From assembly GCA_036556305.1 (NCBI GenBank), contig DATBJO010000090.1, forward strand, positions 39,923 to 103,922: a stretch of 64,000 nt of DNA. The letters run 5' to 3'. The notes under the pieces were generated by a model. The model had not been told where the DNA came from and made no database searches. It saw nothing but the letters and a program-made list of their open reading frames with translations. The first letter of the stretch is position 1. Each line of letters opens with the position of its first letter. Shown piece by piece: positions 1 through 9,201 of the stretch. This stretch comes from Gemmatimonadota bacterium. Lineage in GTDB: Bacteria; Gemmatimonadota; Gemmatimonadetes; JACCXV01; JAHWKZ01. The position numbers and the translations under genes were made by a program.

Positions 1-255
1 GTCGCGGAAGTTCTCGGGCGTGACCGGGACCGGCTTGGCCCAGCCGAACAGCACGCCCGAGCCCGACAGGAGCAGCAGGCCGGGCACGAGGATCGAGCCC
101 ATCGGGTCGATGTGCGGAAGCGGGTTGAGCGTCAGCCTCCCGAGCATCCGCGCGGTCGGGTCGCCCCACCACTCGGCCACGTACCCATGGGCGCATTCGT
201 GCACGATGATCGAGAACAGGAGCACGGGAAGCAGATAGACGATCGACTCGATCAT
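1..255 (-). CDS. M50 family zinc metallopeptidase (site-2 protease-like), N-terminal part only; the gene runs off the window start
   Basis: Minus-strand translation from ATG at 255 gives MIESIVYLLPVLLFSIIVHECAHGYVAEWWGDPTARMLGRLTLNPLPHIDPMG, with the HExxH motif (HECAH) and hydrophobic helices typical of peptidase M50. Not in the ORF track because it is truncated by the window edge. Confidence 0.7.
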   Translation of the reverse strand, partial: MIESIVYLLPVLLFSIIVHECAHGYVAEWWGDPTARMLGRLTLNPLPHIDPMGSILVPGLLLLSGSGVLFGWAKPVPVTPENFRD

Positions 256-359
256 TTCCGGCGTTGCGCTGGGGACGGAGGGTCGACGAGTCCGGGCGAG
301 CGAACGGCACAAGCTACGCCGCGCCCGACCCCCATGTCAAAGAACGCGTGGGGGATCCG

Positions 360-388
360 TTGCCGCGAGGTTCCTCCGCGGGTATCTT
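360..388 (+). promoter_or_regulatory. Putative sigma70-type promoter for rpsT (TTGCCG-N17-TATCTT)
   Basis: TTGCCG at 360-365, a 17-nt spacer, then TATCTT at 383-388, about 70 nt upstream of the rpsT GTG start. GGAGAGA Shine-Dalgarno at 443-449. Confidence 0.35.
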
Positions 389-455
389 GGATGCCTCCTG
401 AGATTCGATTCCGGGTCCCGCCCGGTCGTGCCCATTTCAGCATACGGAGAGAGTC

Positions 456-713
456 GTGCCGAACGTCAAGTCCGCCGAGAAGCGGGCCCGCACCAACCAG
501 AAGCGCCGCGAGCGCAACCGCCGTGACCGTTCACGCATGCGGACCGCGATCAAGAAGGTCCGGCAGGCGGATTCACCCGAGAGCGCCCGCGAGGCCCTGG
601 TCCGGGCCGAGAGCCTGCTCGACCGGATGGCCGGCAAGGGCGTCATCCACGACAACACGGCCGCGCGCCAGAAGTCGCGACTCCACGCACACGTGCGGAA
701 GCTCGGCGGCTAG
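456..713 (+). CDS. rpsT: 30S ribosomal protein S20
   Basis: 85 aa, MPNVKSAEKRARTNQKRRERNRRDRSRMRTAIKK..., characteristic S20 sequence. GTG start preceded by GGAGAGA. Stop codon overlaps the convergent DegV stop (CTAG). Confidence 0.9.
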   Translation: MPNVKSAEKRARTNQKRRERNRRDRSRMRTAIKKVRQADSPESAREALVRAESLLDRMAGKGVIHDNTAARQKSRLHAHVRKLGG

Positions 714-1582
714 ACCGCCGGCGAGGACAGCCGCCGCGGGTAGACCGCGATCCCGCACACGTCGAAACCGGTGTGGGCGCACAGCACGGGTCCCAGCGGC
801 GGCGCGAACCGCACGTCGATCCGTTTCCCGTCGGTCGCGAGCAGCTCTTCCAGCCGCGCGGCCGCGTCCCTGCCCCGGCGTCCCGCGTGCGTGACCGCGG
901 CGACCAGCCGCTCTCCGCTTCCGAACTCGGCCTCCACCAGCTGGATCGTCCGCTCCACCCGTGTGGTCTCCCCGACGACCCGCTCGACGAGCGCGAGTCG
1001 CCCCTGATCCAGGGACAGGATGGGTCGATCCTCGGCGACCCGTGAGCCCGCCCCCCCCACGCGCTCCAGCCGCCCCCCCAGATACAGGAAGTCCAGCGAG
1101 TAGACGGAGAAGTAGACCCGCGTCGCCCCCGCGATCCGCTCGACCGCCGCGCGGGCCTCGTCCATCGTCGCCCCTCGCTCCAGCCGGGCGCGGGCCTCCA
1201 TGCACAGGAGGCCGAGCGCGGCCCCGGCGAGTCCCGAGTCGAGGACGCCGATCCGGTCCTCGGCCGACAAGAGTCGCGCGGCTTCGCGCGCGCGCTCGAC
1301 GGTCTGGCTGAGGGCCGCCGACAGATGAATGGACAGCACGCTCTCGTGGGCGGCGAGGAGGCGTTCGTACACGGCGACGAATTCCTCGACGCCGGGGGGC
1401 AGCGTCACGGGCGGCGAGCCGGTCTCCTCCAGGAGCCGGTAGAAGGCGTCGCTGGAGAGTCCCGTGCCCTCGCGATACAGAGTGCCGCCGATCTCGAGCC
1501 CCAGCGGAACGACCGTGCAGCCGAGCCCGGGCGCGATACGGTCGAGCGCCGCCGTGCTGTCGGTGACGAGAGCGACGCTCAT
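710..1582 (-). CDS. DegV family fatty-acid-binding protein
   Basis: 290 aa. N-terminal VALVTDSTAAL and overall DegV/DUF194 fold signature. ATGA overlap with the upstream aldolase stop. Confidence 0.75.
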   Translation of the reverse strand: MSVALVTDSTAALDRIAPGLGCTVVPLGLEIGGTLYREGTGLSSDAFYRLLEETGSPPVTLPPGVEEFVAVYERLLAAHESVLSIHLSAALSQTVERAREAARLLSAEDRIGVLDSGLAGAALGLLCMEARARLERGATMDEARAAVERIAGATRVYFSVYSLDFLYLGGRLERVGGAGSRVAEDRPILSLDQGRLALVERVVGETTRVERTIQLVEAEFGSGERLVAAVTHAGRRGRDAAARLEELLATDGKRIDVRFAPPLGPVLCAHTGFDVCGIAVYPRRLSSPAV

Positions 1583-2370
1583 TCGGACGCGTCGAGCGAC
1601 TCGCGGACGATCCGCGCAACTTCTGCGCGCAGGTCGCCCTCCTCGTTCCCGCCGAGCGGCTCAGCGGCGGTGATGATGCACCCCGGATTCCGCACTCGGG
1701 CGCCGTAGGCGTCGAGCGACATGAGGCGGTCCACATCGCCCCGGCTCAGCCGGTTGACCCGTCCCAGCAGATGCGCCACGAGGAGCGATCGCGCGGCCTG
1801 CTCGATCGACTCCATGCGGTCGATCGCCTGCGCGAGCGTCGGCGCGTACGTCACGGCTCCGTGGTTCGCGAGGAGCAGTGCGTCATGCGTCGCGACCCAG
1901 GGGGTCATCCGCTCGGGCAGCTCATCGGTCGAGGGGGTGGCATACGGCACGATCGGCACCTGACCGAGCGTTGCGATCACCTCGGGGACCACGCACTCGT
2001 CGAGCGGGCGGCCGGCGATCGCGAAACCGGTGGCGGTGGGCGGATGGGCGTGGACGACCGCGCCCACGTCGTCCCTGAGGGCGTAGATCCTGAGATGCAT
2101 GCGGAGCTCGCTCGAGGCCCGTCCCCCGCCCAGCGCGCGGCCCGAGAGGTCGGTGACGACGAGATCCTCCGGGGTCAGGAAGCCTTTGGACGCTCCGGAC
2201 GGCGTGGCCAGGAGCCGACCGCCCGGCAGCCGCGCGCTGACGTTTCCTTCGCTTCCGCCGACGAGGCCGCGCGCGTACAGCCGGCGTCCCACGGCGACGA
2301 TCTCGCCCCGGAGGCGCTCGACGAGATCGGAGGCGGGCGGATCGATCATCGGCCGCACAATATGCTGCAA
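1579..2370 (-). CDS. Class II aldolase/adducin family protein (L-fuculose-phosphate aldolase or MtnB-like dehydratase)
   Basis: 263 aa with GNVSAR...ATPSG...HAHP motifs typical of the class II aldolase family. Confidence 0.75.
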   Translation of the reverse strand: MQHIVRPMIDPPASDLVERLRGEIVAVGRRLYARGLVGGSEGNVSARLPGGRLLATPSGASKGFLTPEDLVVTDLSGRALGGGRASSELRMHLRIYALRDDVGAVVHAHPPTATGFAIAGRPLDECVVPEVIATLGQVPIVPYATPSTDELPERMTPWVATHDALLLANHGAVTYAPTLAQAIDRMESIEQAARSLLVAHLLGRVNRLSRGDVDRLMSLDAYGARVRNPGCIITAAEPLGGNEEGDLRAEVARIVRESLDASE

Positions 2371-2374
2371 AGGC

Positions 2375-3811
2375 TCATCCCTTGACGACGCCGATCGGAA
2401 CGAGCCGGGCCACGCGACGGCTGACCCCCGCGTCGTCCATCACCTCGACGACGTCCGCGACGTCCTTGTAGGCGAACGGCATCTCCTCGGCGACCGTGCG
2501 CAGTCCGGTCGCGCGCACGACGACCCCCTGCCGCTCCATTTCGCCGATCAGGTCGCGACCGCGGGATTCCCTCTTGGCGCGCGTCCGGCTCATCCGCCGC
2601 CCGGCCCCGTGACAGGTGGACCCGAACGTCCCGCTCATGGCTCCGGGCGCGCCCGCGCACACGTACGAGTAGTTCCCCATGCTGCCCGGGATGAGGACCG
2701 GCTGCCCCGAGTCGCGGTACGCGCGCGGCACGTCAGGGTGTCCCGGGGGGAAAGCGCGGGTCGCTCCCTTGCGGTGCACACAGACGCGCAGGCGCCGCCC
2801 GTCGACCACATGATCCTCGATCTTGGCGATGTTGTGGCAGACGTCGTAGACGAGCCGCATGCCGAGATCGCGCGGGTCCATCGAGAGGACGCGCTCGAAC
2901 GTCTCACGGACCGCGTGCAGCATGACCTGGCGGTTCGACCACGCGTAGTTGGCCGCGCAGCGCATTGCGCCGAGATAGGCGCGCCCTTCGTCCGAGTCGA
3001 GCGGGGCGGCCGCGAGCTGGACGTCGGGAAGATCGTAGCCGAACGACTTCAGTCGCGGCTTGATCCGCCGGATGGAGTCGTCGCAGGTCTGATACCCGAG
3101 TCCGCGCGAGCCCGAGTGGATCATGACGACGACCTGGTCCTCGAAGAGCCCGAAGGCGCGTGCCCGGTCGGGGTCGTGGACGCGGACGACCCTCTGGACC
3201 TCCAGGAAGTGGTTTCCCGACCCGAGGGTGCCGACCTGCGAGAGCCCCCGCCCCGCAGCCCGCTCGCTGACCGCGTCCGGATCGGCCCCGGCGATACAGC
3301 CTCCTTCCTCGGTGTGCTCGAGGTCATCGGCGTCGCCGTATCCGCGCTCGACCGCCCAGCGCGCGCCCCGGACGAGGATCTGTTCGAGCTCCGCGCGCGA
3401 GAGCCTGGCGATCGCCCCTTCGGCCCCGACGCCGCTCGGCACGGCCTCGAAGAGCGCGTCCATGAGCGCCGGTACGCGGCCGTCGAGCGCATCGATCGAC
3501 AGCTCCGTCCGCGCGAGCCGCACGCCGCAGTTGATGTCGTAGCCGACCCCGCCCGGAGAGATCGCTCCGCCGTCGGCGACGGTCGCCGCGACGCCGCCGA
3601 TCGGAAAGCCGTATCCCCAGTGGATGTCGGGCATCGCGAGCGACCAGCCGACGATGCCCGGAAGCGCTGCGACGTTCCGCACCTGAGTCAGGCTCTCGTC
3701 GCCGCGGATCTCCCGCATGAGCGGCTCCGAGGCGTAGACGCGCCCCGGGACCCGCATCGCGCCGCTCTTCGGGATCTCCCACAGCCAGGGCTCGATCCGC
3801 CGGACCTCCAC
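2375..3811 (-). CDS. rtcB: RNA-splicing ligase RtcB (3'-phosphate/5'-OH RNA ligase)
   Basis: 478 aa with full-length RtcB signature blocks (GYDINCG, GSGNHF, HSGSRG, CHNIA, SMGNYSYV, HGAGR). Confidence 0.9.
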   Translation of the reverse strand: MEVRRIEPWLWEIPKSGAMRVPGRVYASEPLMREIRGDESLTQVRNVAALPGIVGWSLAMPDIHWGYGFPIGGVAATVADGGAISPGGVGYDINCGVRLARTELSIDALDGRVPALMDALFEAVPSGVGAEGAIARLSRAELEQILVRGARWAVERGYGDADDLEHTEEGGCIAGADPDAVSERAAGRGLSQVGTLGSGNHFLEVQRVVRVHDPDRARAFGLFEDQVVVMIHSGSRGLGYQTCDDSIRRIKPRLKSFGYDLPDVQLAAAPLDSDEGRAYLGAMRCAANYAWSNRQVMLHAVRETFERVLSMDPRDLGMRLVYDVCHNIAKIEDHVVDGRRLRVCVHRKGATRAFPPGHPDVPRAYRDSGQPVLIPGSMGNYSYVCAGAPGAMSGTFGSTCHGAGRRMSRTRAKRESRGRDLIGEMERQGVVVRATGLRTVAEEMPFAYKDVADVVEVMDDAGVSRRVARLVPIGVVKG

Positions 3812-3847
3812 GCTTCCCCCCGCCGGGCGCGCCCGTGGGCGCGCCGT

Positions 3848-4318
3848 CTAGACGTCGAAGATGACCCTCGCCCGCCAGCGTGCGGGTTCACCGCGTGCGG
3901 CGCCGTCTCCACCCCCGCCGGCGACCGCCCGCGCGCGCTCGAACGTCAGCTGGTGCCAGGTCACGGCCTTGAGCTCGCTCGCCGACGTCAGGAGCTCGCG
4001 CGGAGCGATCGCGCCGCGCACGCGGGCCTCGAGCCGATCGGGTCCTTCCCCGACGATCCGCGTCTCGAGCGGGACGAACCCCTCCTCCTCGATCAGGCGG
4101 TAGAGTCCCTCGCACCACGCCTTGAGGAGCTCGGGATAGCCCTCCGCGCGCACCTTGACGTCGCGCTCGGCGGTCGGCGCGAGGGCGGGGATCTCGCCGA
4201 ACAGGAGCTGAACGAGCCCGCGCTGGGCGGCTTCGAATACGGCGCCGGGATCGGGCCCCGAAAGATCCAGACCGAGGTCGGCCGCGTGGTCGATCTCGCT
4301 GAACTCACCGCGCGGCAT
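3848..4318 (-). CDS. Archease (RtcB activator)
   Basis: 156 aa; EIDHAADLGL...VRAEG...KAVTWHQLTFER matches the archease family (PF01951). Immediately upstream of rtcB on the same strand. Confidence 0.8.
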   Translation of the reverse strand: MPRGEFSEIDHAADLGLDLSGPDPGAVFEAAQRGLVQLLFGEIPALAPTAERDVKVRAEGYPELLKAWCEGLYRLIEEEGFVPLETRIVGEGPDRLEARVRGAIAPRELLTSASELKAVTWHQLTFERARAVAGGGGDGAARGEPARWRARVIFDV

Positions 4319-4343
4319 GTGCGGATGGTAGGGGGGCGCGTTT

Positions 4344-4934
4344 TCACCCGCAAGGCGGAGCGGCGAGGCCGTGTCGCTCGATCATCCTGAGGAGCCGCGG
4401 GCGGCTGACGCCCAGCTCGCGCGCGGCGCGCGAGCGATTCCACCCCGCCCGCGTCAGCGCGTTCTCGACCACCGCGCGCTCGTATTCCACGAGCCGAAGG
4501 CCGTCACGCGGGATCTCGACGACGAGCCGCTCGGGCTCGTCGGGCGATCGCCGGAGCCGGTCCCGCTCGCGCCGGACGATCGCCCGCAGCCATTCGCTGT
4601 CGCGCGGTACGAGCGCGAAGTCCGTCGCCCCCGCGGCCAGAGCCGCGGCGGCTCGCGAGGGCTTCCGCGAAACCGCCACCACGACGGTCGCGGCCGCGGG
4701 CTCCGCGGCGCGGGCGAGCGCGGCGAGCGCGCCCTTCCCGGCGTCGAGGTCCACGATCCGCATGTCGGCGGGGGCGGGAGCGTACGCCGACCGGCCCCGC
4801 GCCGGCCCCGCCGCCACGTGTCGCCGATCGATGCCGGCCTCCGGCGGGACGAGCTCGGCGACCGCGGCGCCGCCGACGAGCTCGAGCCTGAGCGGCCGCG
4901 GACCGCTCACGTCGCGTTCCCCGGCGCTCCCCAT
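4344..4934 (-). CDS. Fis-family HTH transcriptional regulator with a possible degenerate receiver-like N-terminal region
   Basis: C-terminal RSRAARELGVSRPRLLRMIERHGL is a Fis-type HTH. Residues around ATVVVAVSRKPSRAAAALAAGATDFALVPRD resemble the C-terminal half of a response-regulator receiver. The start is uncertain: ATG at 4934 or 4763, and the track ORF extends to 5078, where it would overlap hyuB. Confidence 0.5.
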   Translation of the reverse strand: MGSAGERDVSGPRPLRLELVGGAAVAELVPPEAGIDRRHVAAGPARGRSAYAPAPADMRIVDLDAGKGALAALARAAEPAAATVVVAVSRKPSRAAAALAAGATDFALVPRDSEWLRAIVRRERDRLRRSPDEPERLVVEIPRDGLRLVEYERAVVENALTRAGWNRSRAARELGVSRPRLLRMIERHGLAAPPCG

Positions 4935-6556
4935 CCGCCCCCGCCCGGGGTCTCGATCCGGATCCGGTCGCCGGCCGCGAGCGCGAAGCGGCCCTTGGAC
5001 GCGAGCCGCTCCGCGCCGCCCGCGCGCTCGATCCGGTCGACTCCCGGCCGGCCCCCGGCGCCGCCTTCGAGACCCCACGGCGCGAATCGCCGGCGATCGG
5101 CGAGCAGCGTCCCCTCGAGCGGGGCGAGGGCCCCGATCTCCCGCACGAGACCGTCGCCCCCCCGATTCAGGCCGTCACCCCCGCTGCCGCGCCGATACGC
5201 GTACCGCGCGACCCGCACCGGCAGCGTGCGCTCGAGCGCCTCCACGGGCGTGTTCAGGCTGTTCGTCATGTGCGTGTGGATGCCCGCGGCGCCGGCGGCG
5301 CGCGGATTTCCGCCCGCGCCGCCGGCCACGGTCTCGTAATAGGTGAACGATCGACCGTCGGCATGCGCGCCCGAGAGCGCGAGGTTGTTCATCGTCCCCT
5401 GGCTGGCGGCCGGGATCCGGTCCGGGATCGCGCCGGCCAGCGCCCCCAGCACCGCGTCGACCACCCGCTGGCTCGTCTCGACGTTGCCGCCCGCGACCGC
5501 GGACCCCGGTACCGGGTCGAGCAGAGACCGCGGCGGAACGACGATCGAGACCGGCTCGAGGAGCCCGTCGTTGGCCGGGAGGTCGCCCTCGCACAGTGCG
5601 CGGATCACGTACAGAATGGCGCTCCTGACGATCGCCGGGTTCGCGTTCAGGGGGCCACGCGCGGCCGGCGCCGTGCCGCCGAAATCGAACCGCATGCCGT
5701 CCCCCTCGACGTCCAGTCGGACGCGGATCTCGAGCGCCTCGTCTCCGACGCCGTCGTCGTCGAGCCGGTCGGCGAACGACCACCTTCCGTCGGGCAGCTC
5801 GCGAACGAGAGAGCGCGCGCCCCGCGCCGCCCAGTCGAGAAGCTCGCCCGCCATCGCGTCCAGCCTCGTCCGCCCGTAGCGGGCGACGAGCGCGCGGAGG
5901 CGCCGCTCGCCGATGGCGAGACTCGCGAGCTGCGCGGCGAGGTCGCCCTCGCGCTCGCCGGGCGTCCGGACCCCCGTGAGGACGTGCCTCCAGGTCGGCG
6001 CGACGCGCTCTCCGCGCGCGAGCAGCCGGACCGGCGGCAGGACCAGACCCTCCTCCCAGAGACACGTCCAGAGCCCCATCGAGCCGCCGCTCCGCCCGCC
6101 GACGTCCGCGTGGTGCGCGCGGTTGGCGAGATACCACGCCGGCTCGCGGTCGTCGTCGAGGAAGACGGCCTGCACGAGCGTGACGTCCGGCAGATGCGTG
6201 CCGCCGGCGGCGGGGTCGTTCAGCACGGCCACGTCCCCGGGCTCGAGCGACAGCGTCTCGCGGACGGCCTGGACGGACACGGCCATCGACCCCAGGTGCA
6301 CCGGCATGTGGTCGCCCATCGCGACCGTGCGTCCCCGACGGTCGTAGAGCGCGCACGAGTGATCGCGCCGCTCCACGATGTTCGGCGACAACGCCGTCCG
6401 CTGGAGGGCGACGCCCATCTCCTCGGTGAGCGCGACGAACAGCGCATGGAAAACGCCCAGATCGAGGGGCGTGGACGGGCGGTCTGTCGATCCGCGCGGA
6501 CTCACGCGCACGCCTCGAGAACGAGATTCCCGAACCGATCCACCCGCCAGCCCCAC
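4907..6556 (-). CDS. Hydantoinase B / 5-oxoprolinase family protein (HyuB-like)
   Basis: About 549 aa; LDLGVFHALFVALTEEMGVALQRTALSPNIVERRDHSCALYD is the canonical Hydantoinase_B N-terminus. The track start overlaps the hyuA end by 54 nt, so the true start is probably a few codons downstream. Confidence 0.8.
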   Translation of the reverse strand: MGLAGGSVRESRSRGVRVSPRGSTDRPSTPLDLGVFHALFVALTEEMGVALQRTALSPNIVERRDHSCALYDRRGRTVAMGDHMPVHLGSMAVSVQAVRETLSLEPGDVAVLNDPAAGGTHLPDVTLVQAVFLDDDREPAWYLANRAHHADVGGRSGGSMGLWTCLWEEGLVLPPVRLLARGERVAPTWRHVLTGVRTPGEREGDLAAQLASLAIGERRLRALVARYGRTRLDAMAGELLDWAARGARSLVRELPDGRWSFADRLDDDGVGDEALEIRVRLDVEGDGMRFDFGGTAPAARGPLNANPAIVRSAILYVIRALCEGDLPANDGLLEPVSIVVPPRSLLDPVPGSAVAGGNVETSQRVVDAVLGALAGAIPDRIPAASQGTMNNLALSGAHADGRSFTYYETVAGGAGGNPRAAGAAGIHTHMTNSLNTPVEALERTLPVRVARYAYRRGSGGDGLNRGGDGLVREIGALAPLEGTLLADRRRFAPWGLEGGAGGRPGVDRIERAGGAERLASKGRFALAAGDRIRIETPGGGGWGAPGNAT

Positions 6557-8490
6557 CGCGGCGGAACGAGGGCCGTCGCATGATCGTCGAGGACGAGCGC
6601 CGGACCGCGGCCCTCGTGTCCGGCCGGCAGTCCGGCCCAGATCCAGGTCTCCGCTTCCACCTCCTCGCCGTCGAACACCAGGGTCCTCCGGACCGGCACG
6701 CTCGATCCGCTGGGCCGATGGGCGGGAAGCTCACGCGGGCGTCCGGCGCCGACGGCCGCGACGCGCGCGGCCACGACCTCGACCGGGGCCTCCGGTCGCG
6801 CATACCCGTGTCGCTCGCGGTGGCGCCGATGAAACGCGGCCGCGGGATCGAAGCCGTCCTCCAGCGGGACCTCGACCTCGTAGGACTGCCCGAGGTAGCG
6901 CATCGCGAGCGAGCGCGCGGTGACGCGCCGCTCCGCTGGGACGCCCTCGGCGGCCAGCGCCTCGCGGGCCTCCGCCTCCAGGCCTTCGAACCAGCGCTCG
7001 ATCCGCCGGCCGTCGCCGGAGTCGGCGGGTTCGAGGACCGCGCGCGAGACGTCGAGCCGGACGTCCGCCGCAAGGCAGCCGACGGCCGACAGGACCCCCG
7101 CCGTCCGCGGGATCAGCACGCGACCGCAACCGAGCCCCGCCGCCAGGCCGGCCGCGTGGAGCCCGCCCGCGCCACCGAAGGCGACCAGCGTGAAGTCGGC
7201 GGGATCGTATCCGCGCTCGAGCGTGACCCGTCGCACGGCGCGCTCGAGATGACTGCGGGCGACGGCGACGATCGCGGAGGCGGTCTCGCCCGGCGAGGCC
7301 CCGGATCCCCGTGAAAGCCGCCCGATCGCCCGCACGGCGAGAGCGGGAAACAGCGCGCGCCTCCCGCCGAGGAACCGCTCGGGATCGAGCTGTCCGAGGG
7401 CGAGGTGGGCGTCGGTCACGGTCGGCTCCTCTCCGCCGGCCCCGTAGCACGCCGGTCCGGGCACGGAGCCGGCGCTGCGAGGACCGACCCTGAGCGCGCC
7501 GCCGCGATCGGTCCAGGCGATCGATCCTCCGCCCGCTCCCACCGTGTGGATGTCGATGAGCGGTACGCGAAGCGGGACCTCGTCCAGCTCGGTCTCGGTC
7601 GTGCGGAGCGGCTCCCCCGGCACCAGGGCCACGTCGCAGGACGTGCCGCCCATGTCGAGGGTGACGAGCCGATCGAACCCGGCCGCGCCGGCGACGAGTC
7701 GCGCCCCGATCACGCCCGCCGCGGGACCCGAGAGGATCGTCGACACCGCCCGGGCCGCCGCGGTCGCGGGGCGCGCGGTGCCGCCGTTCGACAGCATGAT
7801 CCGGAGCTCGCGCGGCGCGACGCGGTCGGCGAGACTCCCCAGATACGACCTCATGACCGGGGCCAGCCCCGCATCGACGACCGCCGTGGCCCAGCGCTCG
7901 TACTCCCGCGGCTCGGAGGTCACTTCGTGGCTCGCGACGACGTCGATCCCGCGGCTCGCGAGGCGATCGCGGGCGGCGCGCTCGGCCCCGGGATATCGGG
8001 CGGAGTGGAGGAACGCGACGACGATCGTCCGCGCCCCAGCCTCCAGGAGCTCGTCGGCGACCCGATCCAGCTCGGCGGTATCGAGCTCCCGCACCGTCGC
8101 CCCGTCGGCCCCGACGCGCGCACCGATGCCCCGCACGAGCTCGTCGGGGACGAGACGCCGCGGACCGTCCGGGGTGAGCGAGTACAGACTGCGCCGGCGC
8201 TGCCGACCGATCGCCAGGACGTCTTCGAAACCGCGGTTGACGACGAGGCCCACGGCCTCCAGGCGACCCTCGAGGAATGCGTTGGTCGCCACCGTGGAGC
8301 CGTGCACGACGAGGCCGGCTTCGCGCCCACCCGTGAGCGCCCTCAACCCCGCGACGACGGCGCGGCCCGGGTCCTCCGGGGTGGACGGCCGCTTGTGGAA
8401 GGCGAGCGATCCGTCGGGAAGCTCGGCGACGCAGTCGGTGAACGTTCCGCCGGCGTCGATTCCGATCCGCGGTTCGCGGGTTGCGTTCAG
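6502..8490 (-). CDS. Hydantoinase A / oxoprolinase family protein (HyuA-like)
   Basis: Homology starts at REPRIGIDAGGTFTDCV, around 8481. The track ORF extends to 8667 through an R/S-rich low-complexity stretch that overlaps the small coupled ORF at 8507-8749. There is no ATG/GTG/TTG near the homology start; a CTG at 8490-8488 is a candidate. Start unresolved. Confidence 0.7.
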   Translation of the reverse strand: MNATREPRIGIDAGGTFTDCVAELPDGSLAFHKRPSTPEDPGRAVVAGLRALTGGREAGLVVHGSTVATNAFLEGRLEAVGLVVNRGFEDVLAIGRQRRRSLYSLTPDGPRRLVPDELVRGIGARVGADGATVRELDTAELDRVADELLEAGARTIVVAFLHSARYPGAERAARDRLASRGIDVVASHEVTSEPREYERWATAVVDAGLAPVMRSYLGSLADRVAPRELRIMLSNGGTARPATAAARAVSTILSGPAAGVIGARLVAGAAGFDRLVTLDMGGTSCDVALVPGEPLRTTETELDEVPLRVPLIDIHTVGAGGGSIAWTDRGGALRVGPRSAGSVPGPACYGAGGEEPTVTDAHLALGQLDPERFLGGRRALFPALAVRAIGRLSRGSGASPGETASAIVAVARSHLERAVRRVTLERGYDPADFTLVAFGGAGGLHAAGLAAGLGCGRVLIPRTAGVLSAVGCLAADVRLDVSRAVLEPADSGDGRRIERWFEGLEAEAREALAAEGVPAERRVTARSLAMRYLGQSYEVEVPLEDGFDPAAAFHRRHRERHGYARPEAPVEVVAARVAAVGAGRPRELPAHRPSGSSVPVRRTLVFDGEEVEAETWIWAGLPAGHEGRGPALVLDDHATALVPPRWGWRVDRFGNLVLEACA

Positions 8491-8506
8491 GCGGACCGCG
8501 CCGCGG

Positions 8507-8749
8507 TCAGACGGCCGAAAAGACGATTTCCGCGTCCGGAGCGATCTGGTCGCCGATCGGAAGCCCGGGATCGAGTTCGATCTCCGCGCCCCCCGACCGC
8601 GCGCGAAGGGGCCCGGGTGCGACGGCCTGCGGCGCGAAATAGAGCTCGACCAGCGCCGGAAGCTCACGCGCGAGCGCGGTGGGCTCGATCAGGTGGCAGA
8701 CCACCCGCTCCCCGCACGTCAGGATCAGCGCCAGGCTCGCTTCGCTCAC
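8507..8749 (-). CDS. Hypothetical small protein (80 aa) translationally coupled to ytxH
   Basis: Its GTG start at 8749-8747 overlaps the ytxH TGA stop (GTGA), the same arrangement seen at pgk/tpiA and at membrane-protein/glycosylase. Sequence VSEASLALILTCGERVVCHLIEPTALARELPALVELYFAPQ...; I recognise no family. Confidence 0.3.
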   Translation of the reverse strand: MSEASLALILTCGERVVCHLIEPTALARELPALVELYFAPQAVAPGPLRARSGGAEIELDPGLPIGDQIAPDAEIVFSAV

Positions 8750-9000
8750 GCGCCCGTGCCGGTCTCCGATCCGCCGATCATCGATTCGTCGACTTCCGGC
8801 CAGTCGCTCTCCCTCAGCGGTCCGTTCGCGCGCTGGCGGCTCGAGAGCTCGTCCTCGAGCTCCTCGAATCGCCTCTGGCCCGCCTCGAAGAACTCGGCAA
8901 GGCGGTCCATGAGCAGCCGGCGGGAAGCCTTGCCCGAGCGTGGCGCGACGAAGACGCCGACGACGAATCCCGCGGCAAAGGCCTTGAGCTTTCCGATCAT
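8746..9000 (-). CDS. YtxH domain-containing protein
   Basis: 84 aa, MIGKLKAFAAGFVVGVFVAPRSGKASRRLL..., matching the YtxH N-terminal motif (GxxxGxxxGLLxAPKSGKE). GAGGAGG Shine-Dalgarno 5 nt upstream. Confidence 0.7.
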   Translation of the reverse strand: MIGKLKAFAAGFVVGVFVAPRSGKASRRLLMDRLAEFFEAGQRRFEELEDELSSRQRANGPLRESDWPEVDESMIGGSETGTGA

Positions 9001-9201
9001 GACAGCCTCCTCGAGGGAGTCCAGCGGTCCCGGGTGGAAGATGCGCCGCGGTTCGGCGCGCCGTCAACGCCCGCGGCGAACGCGCCGCCGCTTGTCAGAT
9101 TTCGACTATCGACGGCGTAGCGGAAAGGATAGATAGTAGAGCGGTCAGGGCGTAGAAGCGCGCCCTTCAGTCACTGACTCTGAGGAGGAGGGGGGACGCC
9201 C

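Noticed and set aside
2099-4390. 763-aa ORF on the plus strand
   Set aside because: Antisense to the well-supported rtcB and archease genes. Its sequence is low-complexity and R/A/P/G-rich, typical of GC-driven open frames. No recognisable domains.
5175-7073. 632-aa minus-strand ORF and several 400+ aa plus-strand ORFs (5270-6583, 7405-9120, 7544-9136)
   Set aside because: They overlap the hydantoinase A/B genes in alternative frames or on the opposite strand. Extreme Arg/Gly/Pro/Ser bias and no motifs.
9001-9201. Sigma70 promoter calls around TTGTCA and GATAGATAGTAG upstream of the lmo0937 gene
   Set aside because: Spacing to a plausible -10 is wrong for every combination I tried. I kept only the palindrome and Shine-Dalgarno observation.
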